From NCBI RefSeq assembly GCF_018977255.1, contig NW_024704743.1:95048001-95112000 (forward strand): a stretch of 64,000 nt of DNA, read 5' to 3'. This stretch comes from Callorhinchus milii. Its lineage: Eukaryota. Shown piece after piece: positions 62,028 through 64,000 of the stretch (its first letter is position 1; each line of letters opens with the position of its first letter). A program made the position numbers and the translations under genes. The notes beneath the pieces were generated by a model. The model saw nothing but the letters and a program-made list of their open reading frames with translations, did not search any database and was not told where the DNA came from.

Positions 62028-62580
62028 TTCTGGCTCAGTTGGTAGCACTCTTGCCTCTGAGTAAAAGTTGTAGGTTTGAGTCCCACATTGGGATTTGAAC
62101 TCACAAAGTCTAGGCTGATACTCCAGTGCGTTGCTGGGGGTGTATTGCATTGTTGGAGGTGCCAACCTTTGGGTGAGACATCAAACTAAGGTCTCATCTC
62201 CCTCTTCAGGTGGATGTTAAAGATCACTACTTGAAAAGAGAAAGGAGTTTCTCCTGGTGTCCTGGCCAATAATTCCCACAAATAAAATTGGTTATGCCCT
62301 TCATGACTGTTTGTGAGACATTGTTGTACGCAAATGAGCTGCCGCATTTGTCTACAACAACAACAAAATTACATTCGTAAAGCGCCTTTCACATTGGGAG
62401 GACGTCCCAAGGTGCCGGACAGACAGAGTTATGGACCCGAGCTGGGGGTCGGGGAGGGTGGAGAGCAGGGGGGGAAGCAGGGAATATAAATAAAGTCACT
62501 GAACTTCACAGTAAAATCTTGCCCTTTGAGGCGTCCTCCAGTTGTGAGAGGTGCTATATCAAATGCAAGGATTATTATTG
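62028..62580 (+). mobile_element. Older Deu-domain SINE (SacSINE1/AmnSINE-like) interrupted by an inverted L2 tail (about 62354-62485)
   Basis: tggctcagttggtagcactcttgcctctgag head; caggtggatgttaaagatc and ggtgtcctggccaa..tgtttgtg..gctgccgc Deu-type blocks; related fragments at about 9770-10175(-), 19700-19960(+), 26960-27130(-), 32590-32800(+). Confidence 0.75.
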
Positions 62581-64000
62581 TAGCTTAAAAAAAATCTAGA
62601 TTATCCACTTATACCTTGGCATGGTTGTCCTTTTCATCCTCTCATTTGGATGCCTAGGTTTTGCCTCCCTCCTTGTGAGGAATTGTCAGGGTTCCTCTCA
62701 ACTCTTCTCTTGGAATTTACATTTGAGAGTAATAACTTTTACCTCTGGCATTGCATTTTAAGAGTACCAGCACATCGAGATACCATTACAAAAACTGTGA
62801 TTAATCCAGTTCAATTTTCCTTTTGTCGATAGTGTCTCTCCCTCCCCCGCCCGCTTCTCCCTCAAAATTTGGGAGCAGTTGCTGTGTTTTGAACTGAATT
62901 GAGCTCATGTTTGTGAATATCATCAGTCACATTATTTATTAGCAGGATTGGCATCACGTACATGATTGTAGTGCAGTTCACTGAATGGGGTAACTAGTGT
63001 TCCACTTTTACCAAGTTCTTAAAGAGACTTGAAAAATGAATATAGTATTGCACATCAGAGAACGGATGTCATCTGATTTTGGAGTGGTTTAGGTTCTCAA
63101 AAGTAGATCTAGGGTATTGGACAGCAAGAGCAGTAGCTAAAAATTAATTTGTCTGCCATTAGGTTATGCTACTACTTTTCCACTATTGGCTGCTCATAAA
63201 ATAACCTAAGCTTTGAGACCAGTCCCAAGTGTATCTGCTTTATTGGTATTGGAATGTTGCCCCTGGCCTTGCAGACTAATGTTAATTTTGCACCCTAAAT
63301 AATCCCCTAGTGTAGAAAGAAGCTGTTCCTCTCTTAATTCTGAGTTTACTTGCACAAGTGTTGAAAGTTATTTAAAATAAGCCAACGTAGTAAGTTCCCT
63401 TTATCATTTGTACCTATATGGCAAATCTCAGCTAGCATGGGTAAGCCATATGAGAATTTCCATATCCAAAACAAGGCTAACACTAACTGTAGTAGGACAG
63501 TTCTGTGTGTAAACGGTTGGATATTTTGATCTTACATAATCAAATTAAACTGGCCAGTAGTACTTCACTGCTTCATATCTTTCTGACTTTGGCAGTATGA
63601 TTCTGTTAACAGTTTTAGCTCCACTACACTCCAGCTGTTTCAGAGGATCTGAATTCTAGAGGGACTACTTCTTGCTCAAAGTGCTTTCAAATAGACAAAA
63701 TAGGTGTAGAAATTGTTGTGTCTGGAACCCATCTTTTCCTGCTTTGGTGATTTCTTGATATCTGAAACCGAAGACCCTTCAGCACAGCAAGGGTGTGTGT
63801 GTGAATGGCTGTGAGTGCTTGAGCCTTGGATACTTCCAAAGAATTGTAAATTCATGGATACAGAAACTCATCTGGTTCTGGTTCAGTTCTCAGACCAGTC
63901 CAAAGTGCATATTCCTGTGAAGTTCCATGGAGCCACTCTGGCTCTTCCTGTAACACATTATTGGAGCAGCCAAGTGCCTGAGGGAGGTGAAACCCACTTT

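Overview
Eukaryotic, intron-rich, repeat-dense vertebrate DNA. The L2/CR1/Penelope LINEs and tRNA-derived Deu-type SINEs suggest a cartilaginous fish, probably a holocephalan (inference). Three + strand genes are present: (1) the last five coding exons of KLHL14 (434-15102); (2) a complete six-exon, strongly divergent RAB10-type GTPase gene (21993-31502) behind its own CpG island, with a GC-AG first intron and a 1-nt frameshift in exon 4; (3) the CpG island and first two coding exons of GAREM1 (52406-61339). A RAB10-like gene directly upstream of GAREM1 mirrors the mammalian RAB10-GAREM2 pair, so it is probably a RAB10 ohnolog absent from the mammalian KLHL14-GAREM1 interval. Other notable structures: a decayed CGGBP1-like zf-BED/hAT gene with a spliced leader (47040-48070, minus); a ~1 kb inverted duplication with a 330-bp identical core bracketing GAREM1 exon 1; a G-rich 24-bp minisatellite 30 nt after the GAREM1 exon 1 donor; a rearranged Penelope-like element; and a perfect 21-bp hairpin. 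Homology calls rest on recalled protein sequences, not on database searches.
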